64,000 nt of DNA from an uncultured Cytophagia bacterium (GTDB lineage Bacteria; Zhuqueibacterota; Zhuqueibacteria; Residuimicrobiales; Krinioviventaceae). The notes under the pieces are model-generated. The model worked only from the letters and a program-made list of their open reading frames with translations. It was not told the DNA's origin and did no database searches. Positions 40,476-51,072 of the stretch are shown here, piece after piece. A program made the translations under genes and the position numbers. The first letter of the stretch is position 1. Each line of letters opens with the position of its first letter. The stretch covers positions 2,150 through 66,149 of the forward strand of contig CAYNSO010000008.1 of assembly GCA_964399735.1 (NCBI GenBank), in the 5' to 3' direction.

Positions 40476-41423
40476 ATGAAACGTTTGCATGGTCGATGGA
40501 AGTGCATGGTAATACTTTTCGTGATTGTAATGTCCACATCTCTGTTTGCCCAAACAGCCGGGGAAGAACCCTCGCCCGGTGTGTCATCACAACCTGGCGA
40601 GATAACATTGTCTGCCAGTGTGGATAAAAACCAGGTTGCGCTGAACCGTACTCTGGAATTATTGATCCGCATAAAATGGAACGGCAATCTCGACAAATAC
40701 CAGGTGCACCAGTTTGACAACCCGATTTTAAACAACCTGGAAATAGTCGGGCATTCCGCATCCAATAAGGTATCCAGCGAAAATGGCGGCAATGTTGCCA
40801 TTCAGGATTATGTGTTTACCCTTAAACCGCTGGAACTGGGTATGGGGTATATTGAAGGCGTGATCATCCGCTATACAGACATGGATACCGATACCGATTA
40901 CAGCCTGGCGACGAACCGCATAGAAATTAAAGCGCTGGATCCAATTCCGGAACCGGGCGATAAAAGCTGGATTGTTTGGTTGGCAATAATAGTGATGTTG
41001 GCCGGGGTTGCGTTTTTTACTGTTATCTATTTTCAAAAGCGACAAGCGGAAAAAATGCGTCGGGCGCAGCTGGAAGCGGAAAAAGCCATTCCGATGGAAG
41101 AAAAATATTTGCAGGAATTAAAAGCCCTGTTTAATCTGAATGATCCCGGTTTGGATATTGGTAAAAGCATCGGCCAGTTGTCCCGTTTTTTACGGCGCTA
41201 TCTGGCAGAAAAGTATCAGATGACTGCCGATACATTCACCACCGAAGAGTTGGTGATGGAATTGAATGAAAAGCATGTAGACGAGGGTCTGGTAAAGGAC
41301 GTGAAAGAAATTTTATCTTGCGCCGATGTGATCAAGTTTTCCGGCGGTGGAGGTGAAAAGAGCGAACTGGAACGTCTCTATGGTATGGTAGAAGGAAATA
41401 TAACCGCGCTGCGGAACAAATGA
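40476..41423 (+). CDS. DUF4381-like single-pass membrane protein (Bat-operon associated), paralog 1
   Basis: Signal peptide, beta-rich ectodomain, TM, cytoplasmic helical tail. Paralogous to 44426-45487. Confidence 0.5.
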   Translation: MKRLHGRWKCMVILFVIVMSTSLFAQTAGEEPSPGVSSQPGEITLSASVDKNQVALNRTLELLIRIKWNGNLDKYQVHQFDNPILNNLEIVGHSASNKVSSENGGNVAIQDYVFTLKPLELGMGYIEGVIIRYTDMDTDTDYSLATNRIEIKALDPIPEPGDKSWIVWLAIIVMLAGVAFFTVIYFQKRQAEKMRRAQLEAEKAIPMEEKYLQELKALFNLNDPGLDIGKSIGQLSRFLRRYLAEKYQMTADTFTTEELVMELNEKHVDEGLVKDVKEILSCADVIKFSGGGGEKSELERLYGMVEGNITALRNK

Positions 41424-41481
41424 TTTTGGAAATTAGCCAAAAACAATAAAGATAAACAACTCGAGTTTTATTGGAGGATCA

Positions 41482-42471
41482 ATGAACTTGGATATTCAAG
41501 CGATTAACGAAAAAATACAAAAAGAAAGTGCGTTCGTAGAAAAGGTCATGAACGAAGTCGGCAAGGTGATTGTCGGTCAAAAGTACATGATCGAGCGGCT
41601 GTTGATTGGTTTGCTTGCGGACGGGCATATTTTGCTGGAAGGCGTGCCCGGACTGGCCAAGACGATGGCAGTAAAAACCCTGTCTTCAATCATAGACACC
41701 CGTTTTCAACGCATTCAGTTCACCCCGGATTTGTTACCGGCCGATCTGATTGGAACAATGATCTTTGAGCCGAAATCCGGCAATTTCACAGTGAAAAAAG
41801 GGCCGGTTTTTGCCAACCTGGTGCTTGCCGATGAAATAAACCGTTCCCCTGCTAAAGTCCAGTCTGCGTTACTGGAATCTATGCAGGAACGGCAGGTAAC
41901 CATTGGCGATGCAACATTTCCGCTGCCTTCGCCATTTCTGGTGCTGGCCACCCAAAACCCCATTGAGCAGGAAGGCACATATCCCTTGCCGGAAGCACAG
42001 GTAGACCGCTTTATGCTAAAGCTATCGGTTGGTTACCCGAACCGGGATGAGGAACTGGAGATTATGCGCCGCATGACGCGGTCTGAACTGCCGCAGGTGA
42101 ATGTGGTGGTAACCCCGCAGGAAATAGAAAAAGCAAAAAAAGTTTTGCATGATGTTTATATTGACCCCAAGATTGAGAATTATATTGTTGATATTGTGTT
42201 TGCCACCCGCACCCCGGAAGAGTTTGGTCTGGGTGAGTTGAAAGAATTGATCGCTTATGGCGCTTCGCCGCGGGCATCGATCAATTTGAGTATGGCGGCA
42301 CGAGCGCATGCTTTTCTGCGTCGGCGCGGTTATGTAACGCCCGAAGATGTTCGCTCGATCGGGCTTGATGTGTTGCGGCACCGTGTTATTGTCACTTATG
42401 AAGCCGAAGCGGAAGAAATAACCGCCGAGGATGTGGTTCGCAAAGTATTGAATAAAATTGAAGTGCCCTGA
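41482..42471 (+). CDS. moxR: MoxR-family AAA+ ATPase
   Basis: …LLEGVPGLAKT… Walker A motif. Confidence 0.9.
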   Translation: MNLDIQAINEKIQKESAFVEKVMNEVGKVIVGQKYMIERLLIGLLADGHILLEGVPGLAKTMAVKTLSSIIDTRFQRIQFTPDLLPADLIGTMIFEPKSGNFTVKKGPVFANLVLADEINRSPAKVQSALLESMQERQVTIGDATFPLPSPFLVLATQNPIEQEGTYPLPEAQVDRFMLKLSVGYPNRDEELEIMRRMTRSELPQVNVVVTPQEIEKAKKVLHDVYIDPKIENYIVDIVFATRTPEEFGLGELKELIAYGASPRASINLSMAARAHAFLRRRGYVTPEDVRSIGLDVLRHRVIVTYEAEAEEITAEDVVRKVLNKIEVP

Positions 42472-42516
42472 TTTTTATTTCACAATAACCTATTCATTTT
42501 AATACAGATAAATCAA

Positions 42517-43395
42517 GTGATTCCGAAGGAAATATTAAAAAAAGTCAAGCGGATAGAAATTCAGACCCGCGGCCTGGTAAATGATGTTTTTTCCGGTGAA
42601 TACCACTCGGTATTCAAGGGCCGGGGTATGGAATTTTCCGAAGTGCGGGAATATCAAGTTGGCGATGATATTCGCACTATCGACTGGAATGTAACGGCGC
42701 GCGCCGGACATCCCTATGTTAAAGTGTTTGAAGAAGAACGGGAACTGACGGTTGTATTGCTGGTAGATGTCAGTTCGTCGGGCGATTTTGGTACACATTC
42801 GCAAATGAAGGGTGAAATTGCCGCCGAGATCTGTGCGTTGCTGGCTTTTTCAGCTATAAAAAATAATGATAAAGTGGGCTTGATCATTTTTTCGGACGGT
42901 GTGGAAAAATTTGTATCGCCGAAAAAAGGCAAAGCTCATGTACTGCGGGTGGTGCGGGAGATCTTGTTCCACAAGCCCAAAGGGAAAAAGACCAATATCA
43001 CCGCGGCCCTCGAGTTTCTGTCGCGGGTGACCAAACGCCGCGCGGTAATATTTTTGGTATCCGATTTTATCAGCAGTGGTTATGAAAAAGCCCTGCAAAT
43101 TGCCAATAAGCGGCATGATATTGTCGCTATAACGGTAACAGACCCCCGTGAAATTGATATGCCGAATGTCGGCTTTATTGAACTGGAAGATGCAGAAACA
43201 GGCGAAACCTTTCTGGTTGATACTGCCGATGTTGCAATTCGCACCGATTTTTCGCAGCGCACAGCAGAAGCTATTCAGACGCGGGAAAAGCTGTTTCGTT
43301 CTCTTAATGTAGATTATATTGATATTCGCACGGATGAATCGTATATCGAACCATTGATCCGGTTTTTCCGTATGCGAGCAAGGCGTTTCAGATAA
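42517..43395 (+). CDS. DUF58 (vWA-like) protein, MoxR partner
   Basis: …EYQVGDDIRTIDWNVTAR… and …LLVDVSSSG…. Confidence 0.75.
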   Translation: MIPKEILKKVKRIEIQTRGLVNDVFSGEYHSVFKGRGMEFSEVREYQVGDDIRTIDWNVTARAGHPYVKVFEEERELTVVLLVDVSSSGDFGTHSQMKGEIAAEICALLAFSAIKNNDKVGLIIFSDGVEKFVSPKKGKAHVLRVVREILFHKPKGKKTNITAALEFLSRVTKRRAVIFLVSDFISSGYEKALQIANKRHDIVAITVTDPREIDMPNVGFIELEDAETGETFLVDTADVAIRTDFSQRTAEAIQTREKLFRSLNVDYIDIRTDESYIEPLIRFFRMRARRFR

Positions 43396-43418
43396 TATTA
43401 TAAAGGTCCGGAGGATAT

Positions 43419-44363
43419 ATGAAAAATGTGCGGTTTTATGTGTTGATGGTTGTTGCCGCGGTTTTGTGTGTTGTTCTTTTAAATGGTTGCGGGCAGGAGA
43501 AAAATAATCCTGTAAAAGCAGACAAGCAGCGGGAATATGCGGGTGATTTGATCAATAAATCCCTGTATCGACAGGCAATACAGGAGTATCAACGCTATCT
43601 GGATGATTATTCTATTGAAGAGCGTGAGCGGGCCAATGTGAATTATATTATTGCCAATACCTATTTTGACAGAATAAAGGATTATGAAAACGCCCTTGTT
43701 TATTATTTAAGGATAAAACATCTGTTTCCGGATAATAGTTTGATGCCGGAGGTGAATAAAAAGATCGTCGCCTGCCTGGAGCGGTTGGAATTGACCGAAG
43801 ATGCCCAACAGGTACTTGATGAGACCGTGCAGGTGGATCCTGCCAGCGTGCGGAAAAAACGACCGGGAAGTGTTGTTGCGCAAATAGGAAACCGTGAAGT
43901 TACCCAGGGCGACCTGGATTTTGAAATTGAACAGCTGCCGCCGAGCTTTCGCGATCAACTCAAAGACCCGCAGCGTAAACTGGATTTTTTACGCGAATAT
44001 GTAGCTACCGAGTTATTGTACGATACCGCCAAACGTTCAGGATTTGAAAAAGACCCGGATGTTATTGAAGGGGCTTTTCAGGCAAAAAAAGCGTTGATGG
44101 TGAGAAAATTGTTACAGGAACGAGTTGCCGGCAAAGTAGAGATATCACAGAGTGATATTGAACTGTACTACCGTGACCATATTGCCGATTTTTCAGAGAA
44201 AGACAAGGACGGTAAAATAATAAAGGAAAAACCCCTTGCCGAGGTGCAGCAGCAGGTGCAACAGGCATTGATGCAGCAGCGTTATGAACAGGAATACCGA
44301 GGGTTAATTGAAAAGATGATTCGCGCCGAAGGCGTCAAGTTTTTTGAGAGCCGGGTGCAATAG
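43419..44363 (+). CDS. lipoprotein with TPR-like N-region and SurA-N/PpiD-like chaperone region (no PPIase domain seen)
   Basis: Lipobox LNGCG. Similarity is weak and based on memory. Confidence 0.4.
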   Translation: MKNVRFYVLMVVAAVLCVVLLNGCGQEKNNPVKADKQREYAGDLINKSLYRQAIQEYQRYLDDYSIEERERANVNYIIANTYFDRIKDYENALVYYLRIKHLFPDNSLMPEVNKKIVACLERLELTEDAQQVLDETVQVDPASVRKKRPGSVVAQIGNREVTQGDLDFEIEQLPPSFRDQLKDPQRKLDFLREYVATELLYDTAKRSGFEKDPDVIEGAFQAKKALMVRKLLQERVAGKVEISQSDIELYYRDHIADFSEKDKDGKIIKEKPLAEVQQQVQQALMQQRYEQEYRGLIEKMIRAEGVKFFESRVQ

Positions 44364-44425
44364 TTAAACAGTATTTACGGATAATAGTACAAGAACCAGG
44401 AACCAGGAACCAGTAACGACAGACA

Positions 44426-45487
44426 ATGCAAAAAAGCAGATTTAAAATTATAACCCTGACAGCGTTCCTTGCGATAATGATAAATGCTTGCCTGTTTGCC
44501 CAGGGGAGTATATCGGTAGAATCGCAGGTTGATCGCAGCACAATATTAATAGGCGATGTGTTCCGGTATTCCGTCATCGTTACGCACGATGCGGATGTAA
44601 CGTTGTACATGCCGGAACTGGCCGCTAATCTTGGCATGTTTGAAATTCGTGATTACAAAGTTTTAGAACCGGTGCAAAAAGAGGGCAAGACCGTTTCGCA
44701 AACCAATTATTTGCTTTCCACTTTTGATACCGGTGAATTTCCAATTCCCGAATTGCAAATTGGTTATAATACCAGCGCGGATTCTACCCTTCGGTTCATC
44801 AAAACCGAGCCATTGACAATAACCGTGTCAAGTTTGAATCCGGAAGAAAAAGGCGATATTCGTGATATAAAAGCGCCGTTGACGCCGCCGCGTGAATACC
44901 GGCAATATATCATTATGGGTTTGATCCTGCTTGCGGTGGTTGCAGCGGTGGTTGTTTTGATTTATTATATCAAACGCCGCAAGGCAGGCAAGGCGCTGTT
45001 GCCATCGTGGCAAAAACCGCCGCGCCCGGTTCATGAAATTGCCCTTGAAGAGCTGCAGGAACTGACACAGAGCGACCTGCTGGCGGCCGGACAGGTAAAA
45101 GAATATTTTATCAGGCTTGCGGATATCATCCGCCGTTATATCGAAGGACGTTTTTTTATCATTGCAACAGAAATGACAACCTCGCAGTTGACGGACAAAA
45201 TGCGGGAGGAACGAATTGAAACTTTTTATGTCGACATGACCGGCGAGTTTTTATCGAGCTGTGATTTGGTGAAATTTGCCAAATATATTCCAGCGCCAGA
45301 AGAAACAAATATAATTACACAACTGGCTTTTGATTTTGTCGAGCGGACCAGGATGGTTATGACTGAACCGGAAACTGATTCCGCAGAACCGGAAAGCGCT
45401 CAAAGCGCAGAACCGGCTGTCATTGGTGGAGAAAGTGACCCGGAGCCAGCTGTTGCTGCAAATACAGAAAAAGAGGAGGCGAACTGA
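44426..45487 (+). CDS. DUF4381-like single-pass membrane protein, paralog 2, with acidic C-terminal tail
   Basis: Same architecture as 40476-41423. Confidence 0.5.
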   Translation: MQKSRFKIITLTAFLAIMINACLFAQGSISVESQVDRSTILIGDVFRYSVIVTHDADVTLYMPELAANLGMFEIRDYKVLEPVQKEGKTVSQTNYLLSTFDTGEFPIPELQIGYNTSADSTLRFIKTEPLTITVSSLNPEEKGDIRDIKAPLTPPREYRQYIIMGLILLAVVAAVVVLIYYIKRRKAGKALLPSWQKPPRPVHEIALEELQELTQSDLLAAGQVKEYFIRLADIIRRYIEGRFFIIATEMTTSQLTDKMREERIETFYVDMTGEFLSSCDLVKFAKYIPAPEETNIITQLAFDFVERTRMVMTEPETDSAEPESAQSAEPAVIGGESDPEPAVAANTEKEEAN

Positions 45488-45488
45488 T

Positions 45489-46481
45489 ATGTTTCGATTT
45501 GCCAATCCTGAATTTCTGGTTTTGTTTGCCATTTTACCGGTTTTGATCTATTATTATATTAAACGTAATAATAAAAGCGGCGCTACCCTGCGATATTCAA
45601 ACCTGGGTATCATCAAGACTGTGAAAAAATCGCCGTGGAAACAATACCGTCATATTTTATTTGTACTGAGGCTGCTGGTCATTTCCCTGCTGATCATTGG
45701 TTTTGCCCGTCCGCAAGCGGGGCGCAGTGAGGAAGAGATCATAACCGAGGGAATTGATATTATTCTGGCGATGGATGTTTCCAGTAGTATGCTGGCAGAA
45801 GATTTCAAGCCCAAAAATCGCCTGGAAGCCGCCAAAGTTGTGGCTGCCAATTTTGTTCAAGGGCGCAATAACGACCGCATTGGTCTGGTGGTGTTTTCGG
45901 GATTAAGTTTTACCCAATGCCCGTTGACGCTGGATTATGGCATTTTGCTGCGGTTTATGGAAGATATTCATATCGGCATGATCGAGGATGGAACAGCGAT
46001 TGGTATGGCAATGGCCAATTGCGTCAACCGCCTGCGCGACAGCAAGGCCAAAAGCAAAGTAGTAATTTTATTAACCGATGGCCGCAACAACCGCGGTGAA
46101 TTGGACCCTGTGACTGCCGCCAAGGTGGCCAAAGCATATAATATCAGGGTCTATACAATCGGCGCCGGCAAGCTGGGTGAGGCATTGTATCCTTATGATG
46201 ACCCGATCTTTGGCAAACGTTATGTTAAAGTTCCGGTGGAGATTGATGAAGATCTGCTGCGGCAAATGGCCGAGATAACCGGCGGGCAATATTTCAGGGC
46301 TACCGATGAGACCAGCCTGGAAAAGATCTATTCAGAAATTGGTGAAATGGAAAAGACGAAAATAGAAGTTAAGGAATATACCCGCTATAAAGAGTTATTC
46401 ATCAATTATGTGCTGCTGGCTGTCATTTTATTGTTAACGGAAATTGTGCTGGCGCATACGCGCTTTAGGAAAATCCCCTGA
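45489..46481 (+). CDS. batA: BatA (vWA-domain aerotolerance protein)
   Basis: MFRFANPEFL… N-terminal TMs and vWA MIDAS motif ILAMDVSSSM. Confidence 0.8.
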   Translation: MFRFANPEFLVLFAILPVLIYYYIKRNNKSGATLRYSNLGIIKTVKKSPWKQYRHILFVLRLLVISLLIIGFARPQAGRSEEEIITEGIDIILAMDVSSSMLAEDFKPKNRLEAAKVVAANFVQGRNNDRIGLVVFSGLSFTQCPLTLDYGILLRFMEDIHIGMIEDGTAIGMAMANCVNRLRDSKAKSKVVILLTDGRNNRGELDPVTAAKVAKAYNIRVYTIGAGKLGEALYPYDDPIFGKRYVKVPVEIDEDLLRQMAEITGGQYFRATDETSLEKIYSEIGEMEKTKIEVKEYTRYKELFINYVLLAVILLLTEIVLAHTRFRKIP

Positions 46482-46503
46482 GTTTAGTGTTGACGAGGAA
46501 AGT

Positions 46504-47535
46504 ATGCTGCGATTTGCAAATATATATTATCTATATTTTTTATGGTTGGTTCCGGCGCTGGTGTTATTTTTAATTTTTGCCTTTCGGGCAAAAAAAAGAA
46601 CCATGCAAAAGTTTGGCAACCTGGAGTTGTTGAAGAAATTAAGCGGCAGCACCAGTCGAACCCGGCAGGTATGGAAAATAGTATTGATCCTGGCCGCATT
46701 TACCGTTGCAATTGTTGCGCTGGCCCGGCCGCAGATTGGCACCCGGCTGGAAGAGGTAAAGCGCGAGGGTATTGATATTCTTATTGCAATGGATGTGTCA
46801 AAATCCATGCTGGCGCAGGATATTCAACCGAGCCGGCTGGCCAAAGCCAAGCATGAAGTGGATGGTTTTATAGACCGGCTGCGCGGCGACCGCATCGGCT
46901 TGATCGCTTTTGCCGGGGTACCGTTTGTGCAATGCCCGCTTACCCTGGATTATGGCGCTGCCAGGATCTTTTTAAATATTATGGACCCGGATTTGATTCC
47001 AACCCCGGGCACAGCTCTGGGTAAGGTGATAGAAAAAGCTATTGAGACTTTTGATCAAAAAGAAAGAAAGCACAAAGTTTTGGTGCTGATCACCGATGGC
47101 GAAGATCACCAGGGCGATGTAATGAAATATGTTGAAGAAGCCGAACGACAGGGTATTATCATTTATTGTGTTGGCATCGGTTCTCCCAAAGGCGAGCCAA
47201 TTCCGGCAGCCGAAGAACAGACGGCTGGTATGGGCTTTAAAAAGGATAAAAGCGGTCAGGTGATTATTTCCAAACTCGATGAGATCACTCTGGAAAAAAT
47301 TGCCCTGCAAACCAATGGTAAATATTTCCGTGCCACCAGTGGTGAAGATGAACTGGATAAAATATATAATGATATTGAAAATATGGATAAAAAAGAACTC
47401 GGTTCGCTTAAATTTTCCCAGTTTGAAGACCGGTTTCAATATTTTTTGGGCCTGGCAATTTTATTGTTATTGCTTGAAACTGTTATTCCTGAGCGGCGTA
47501 AGGTAAAGCAGGAATGGCGTGGACGATTTATGTAG
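46504..47535 (+). CDS. batB: BatB (vWA-domain aerotolerance protein)
   Basis: MLRFANIYYL… and LIAMDVSKSM. Confidence 0.8.
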   Translation: MLRFANIYYLYFLWLVPALVLFLIFAFRAKKRTMQKFGNLELLKKLSGSTSRTRQVWKIVLILAAFTVAIVALARPQIGTRLEEVKREGIDILIAMDVSKSMLAQDIQPSRLAKAKHEVDGFIDRLRGDRIGLIAFAGVPFVQCPLTLDYGAARIFLNIMDPDLIPTPGTALGKVIEKAIETFDQKERKHKVLVLITDGEDHQGDVMKYVEEAERQGIIIYCVGIGSPKGEPIPAAEEQTAGMGFKKDKSGQVIISKLDEITLEKIALQTNGKYFRATSGEDELDKIYNDIENMDKKELGSLKFSQFEDRFQYFLGLAILLLLLETVIPERRKVKQEWRGRFM

Positions 47536-47547
47536 AGTGAGATAAAA

Positions 47548-48288
47548 ATGAAAAATTTATTAATTATTATTATTATCTTGTTTACCTCTTTATCCGGTTT
47601 GTACGGGCAAGCCTTGCGGAAAAAAGTGGTTGCCGGGAACCAGTTGTACACTGAAGAAAAGTATGACGAAGCGCTGAATAAATATATCGATGCGCAGGTG
47701 CATTCCCCCGAGTCTCCGCTGCTCAAGTTTAATATTGGCGACGCCCAATATAAAAAAGCCAAGTATGAAGAGGCGATCAAGGAATTTGAGGCGTCGTTAA
47801 GCAGCGAGGATGTGCTGAAACAGGCACAGTCCTATTATAACATGGGAAATTCGCTGTACAGATTGAATAAACTGCCGGAAGCGATTGCTGCATATAAAAA
47901 ATCCCTTGAACTGAATCCCAATGATGAGGATGCCAAGTATAATCTGGAATTTGTTCGTAAAAAATTAAAGGATGAAGCGCAAAAGCAACAGCAGAATCCG
48001 CAGCAGCAGAATCAGAATCAGGATCAGCAGCAGCAACAACAGCAAAACCAGGATGAGCAGAAGCAGGAACAGGAGCAGGATCAGCAGCAACAACAGCAGC
48101 AGGAGCAGGAACAGGAACAGCAGGAAGAGCAGCAGCAACAACAGCAACCACAGCAAGCCGAGCAGCAGGATATTTCCAAAGAAGATGCTGAACGAATTCT
48201 GAATTCCCTGAATGAGGATGAAGAAAAGATGAAAGACGCCCGTAAACAAAAGATGCCGGGTAACATATCTGTATCAAAAGATTGGTGA
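47548..48288 (+). CDS. batC: BatC-like TPR protein with Q/E-rich low-complexity tail
   Basis: TPR repeats and a poly-Q/E tract. Confidence 0.6.
   Translation: MKNLLIIIIILFTSLSGLYGQALRKKVVAGNQLYTEEKYDEALNKYIDAQVHSPESPLLKFNIGDAQYKKAKYEEAIKEFEASLSSEDVLKQAQSYYNMGNSLYRLNKLPEAIAAYKKSLELNPNDEDAKYNLEFVRKKLKDEAQKQQQNPQQQNQNQDQQQQQQQNQDEQKQEQEQDQQQQQQQEQEQEQQEEQQQQQQPQQAEQQDISKEDAERILNSLNEDEEKMKDARKQKMPGNISVSKDW
47990..48170 (+). repeat. coding CAG/CAA/GAG trinucleotide low-complexity tract (poly-Q/E) inside batC
   Basis: cagcagcaacaacag… repeated. Confidence 0.8.
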
Positions 48289-50138
48289 TGAGGGTTATGA
48301 TAAACAGGAATCATCCAATATTAGTAATTACGTTACTGTATGTAATGTTTTCAGTTGCGCTGTTATCGGCACAAGAGCCCCTGGTTATACGCGCTATTGT
48401 CGACCGAACTACTGTAGCCGTAAACCAGCAGCTTGTTTTGACTCTGGAAATTTCCGGTGATGGCGCCAATAAAATAGATTTTCCTGCGCCGCCGGATTTG
48501 GGCGATTATTTAAAACTGGCGGGCAGCGGCGGCAATTCTCAAAATATTCAGTTTATAAATGGAAAAATGTCGGTAACCAAATCGCAGGTTTATTTTTATA
48601 TAGCTGCCATGGAAGGAACCTGCACCATTGCGCCAATCAAGATCAGTTATAAAAATAGTGAAGCGGAATCGGAACCGGTAACAATAACTGTTACCAAGTC
48701 CGGCGCTCCGCCGGCTTCTGCAACGCCCGCACCTGCGCCCGGTTCGGAAGTGGATACCGGTGAAGATCTGTTCATCCGGGCGCTGCCCTCCAAACGGACT
48801 GTTTACCAGAATGAACCGGTTATTGTATCGTACCGCATATACAAAAGCGCAAAAGTAAATTTAACGAATTATGGTATAAACAAACTACCGGAATCAGTGG
48901 GTTTTTGGGCTGAGGAGATCGACGTTGGAAACCAGCCGCCGGTTTGGGAAGAAGTGATCAACGGCAAAAAGTTTGTGCTTGCCGATATAAAAAAGACCAT
49001 CCTTTTCCCGGCCTCACCCGGTAAAAAGACAGTGGGCCCTTTGGGAATTGATTGTAATATTCGGGTTGCTACCCAAAAACGCAGCAGTGATATATTTGAC
49101 AATTTTTTTGACGACCCGTTTTTTTCCCGTACTGTACGAAAAACCATTTTTTCGCAGACCTTGGATATCAATGTTTTAGCTTTGCCGCAGGAAAATAAAC
49201 CGGCCAATTTTTCCGGCTGTGTTGGACGTTTCAATATGGATGCTTCGATTGATAAAAACCAGGTAACAACCAATCAAGCCATTACGTTAAAGATCAAGAT
49301 TTCCGGAACCGGCAACGTAAAAATTATACCAAAACCCGATCTGATCATTCCGGCGGATTTTCAGCAGTATGACCCCAAAACCACAGAAAATATTGTACGC
49401 AATAATGACGGTGTCAGCGGCAGCAAAACTTTTGAATATGTATTAGTGCCCCGGTTCCCCGGCGAGCAACGCATAAAACCCGTGTCTTTTAGCTATTTTG
49501 ATCCATATAGCAAAGCTTATAAAATTTTAAACACACCGGAATTTATATTACAGGTGGAAAAAGGGAGTGATGAATTATTATCTATGGGATCAGGGCTGAG
49601 CAAAGAGGAAGTGCGCCTGGTGGGCCAGGATATACGATTTATAAAGTTGGCAACAGGCAAGATGATCCCCGGCAGTTTTAAATTTTATAACCAGTTTTTG
49701 TTTTTTGCGGCAATCATACTGCCCATGCTGGCGCTGGCCGGAGCATTGGGCTATAATTATCATCTGACCAAACTAAGCGCCAATGTTGCTTATGCGCGGC
49801 GGCGGCGTGCCAATACTATGGCTATGAAAAAGTTAGCCAAAGCCAAAGGATTGCTGGATGATAAAACGCAAAAAGAGTTTTATGCGGAAATATCCCGCGC
49901 CCTGTCGGGTTTTGCCGCAGACAAGCTCAACCTGTCACAGGCGGGAATTATCAGCGATGAACTTGAAGAGTTGTTGAAAAAACATCATCTTGATGAAACC
50001 CTGATCAAGGAGTATATAGAATTGGTGCAGGCTTGTGATTTTCAGCGATTTGCGCCTGCCAATGTTGGCAGTGAAGAGATGCAGGAATTTTTCAAAAAAG
50101 CCAAAGAAGCAATTATCAACCTGGAAAAAGCATTGTAA
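48288..50138 (+). CDS. batD: BatD (large oxygen-tolerance protein)
   Basis: About 615 aa; signal peptide, central TM, and position after batC. ATG at 48288 overlapping the batC stop. Confidence 0.65.
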   Translation: MRVMINRNHPILVITLLYVMFSVALLSAQEPLVIRAIVDRTTVAVNQQLVLTLEISGDGANKIDFPAPPDLGDYLKLAGSGGNSQNIQFINGKMSVTKSQVYFYIAAMEGTCTIAPIKISYKNSEAESEPVTITVTKSGAPPASATPAPAPGSEVDTGEDLFIRALPSKRTVYQNEPVIVSYRIYKSAKVNLTNYGINKLPESVGFWAEEIDVGNQPPVWEEVINGKKFVLADIKKTILFPASPGKKTVGPLGIDCNIRVATQKRSSDIFDNFFDDPFFSRTVRKTIFSQTLDINVLALPQENKPANFSGCVGRFNMDASIDKNQVTTNQAITLKIKISGTGNVKIIPKPDLIIPADFQQYDPKTTENIVRNNDGVSGSKTFEYVLVPRFPGEQRIKPVSFSYFDPYSKAYKILNTPEFILQVEKGSDELLSMGSGLSKEEVRLVGQDIRFIKLATGKMIPGSFKFYNQFLFFAAIILPMLALAGALGYNYHLTKLSANVAYARRRRANTMAMKKLAKAKGLLDDKTQKEFYAEISRALSGFAADKLNLSQAGIISDELEELLKKHHLDETLIKEYIELVQACDFQRFAPANVGSEEMQEFFKKAKEAIINLEKAL

Positions 50139-50139
50139 T

Positions 50140-50895
50140 ATGAAAATAGCAACGATTGCATGGATCTTTCTGTTACTGGCTCCCAAAGCGGAAGTCGGTA
50201 AAGCGGTTACTGATTTCAATCAAGGCAATGAGTATTATCAAAGCGGCGATTATCAAAAGGCGGCAGAATGTTATCAATCTGCATTGCAAACCGGTTATGT
50301 GAGCGCAGAATTATATTATAACCTGGGCAACAGTTATTATAAAATCGGGCAGGTCGGGCGCAGCATATTGAATTATGAGCGTGCAAAAAGGCTGGACTCT
50401 CGCGACCAGGACATTCAATACAACCTTGAGATCGCTCGTTTACGGATTGTCGATAAAATTAATGAACCGCCGCAATTGTTTTACGTCCGTTTCTGGAATA
50501 ATCTGGCCGGCTGGTTCAATTTACGTGATCTCGGTTATATTACTTTGGGTATTTATGTTTTGTTTGTTTTGCTGGTTATCGCGCAGATTTTATCCCGGTC
50601 ATTGCCAATAAAAAGAATTTCCAAAATTGCCGCTATTGCTGCTGTTGTCCTGTTATTTTTTGCCGGATCATTGTTCCTGCAAAGGATCCGATCCGACGTC
50701 CATAAACAACAGGGGATCGTATTGGCAGAAAAGGTAGACGCCACCAGTTCGCCGTCGCAGGACGATACCATAATTTTTACTCTGCACGAGGGGGTAAAAG
50801 TGACAGTTGCCGGTCGGTCGGGTGAGTATCTTGAAATAAAACTGGCAGACGGGAATATCGGGTGGATTCGCGCCAATGCTGTTGAAATAATCTAG
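50140..50895 (+). CDS. batE: BatE-like TPR plus SH3b protein
   Basis: N-terminal TPR, TM helices, and C-terminal SH3-like …EGVKVTVAGRSGEYLEIKLADGNIGWI…. Confidence 0.55.
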   Translation: MKIATIAWIFLLLAPKAEVGKAVTDFNQGNEYYQSGDYQKAAECYQSALQTGYVSAELYYNLGNSYYKIGQVGRSILNYERAKRLDSRDQDIQYNLEIARLRIVDKINEPPQLFYVRFWNNLAGWFNLRDLGYITLGIYVLFVLLVIAQILSRSLPIKRISKIAAIAAVVLLFFAGSLFLQRIRSDVHKQQGIVLAEKVDATSSPSQDDTIIFTLHEGVKVTVAGRSGEYLEIKLADGNIGWIRANAVEII

Positions 50896-51072
50896 ACCGG
50901 CGGCCGGGATATTCCGGTAAATGATACCATCGGGCATGAAAAGCAGCAAGATATTTCTGTTCCGGTAACAGATATTCAATGTTAACACGTTAAATTAATT
51001 TATGTTGTTTCATAATGTTGATAAAAACATTGAAAGAAGCAAGGCAGCCTGGCAAGTTACCTGACTGCCGCT

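Noticed and set aside
47777-48314. Minus-strand ORFs (166, 94, 77 aa) inside batC
   Set aside because: They are artefacts of the CAG/CAA/GAG trinucleotide tract read on the opposite strand (poly-L, C and A translations).
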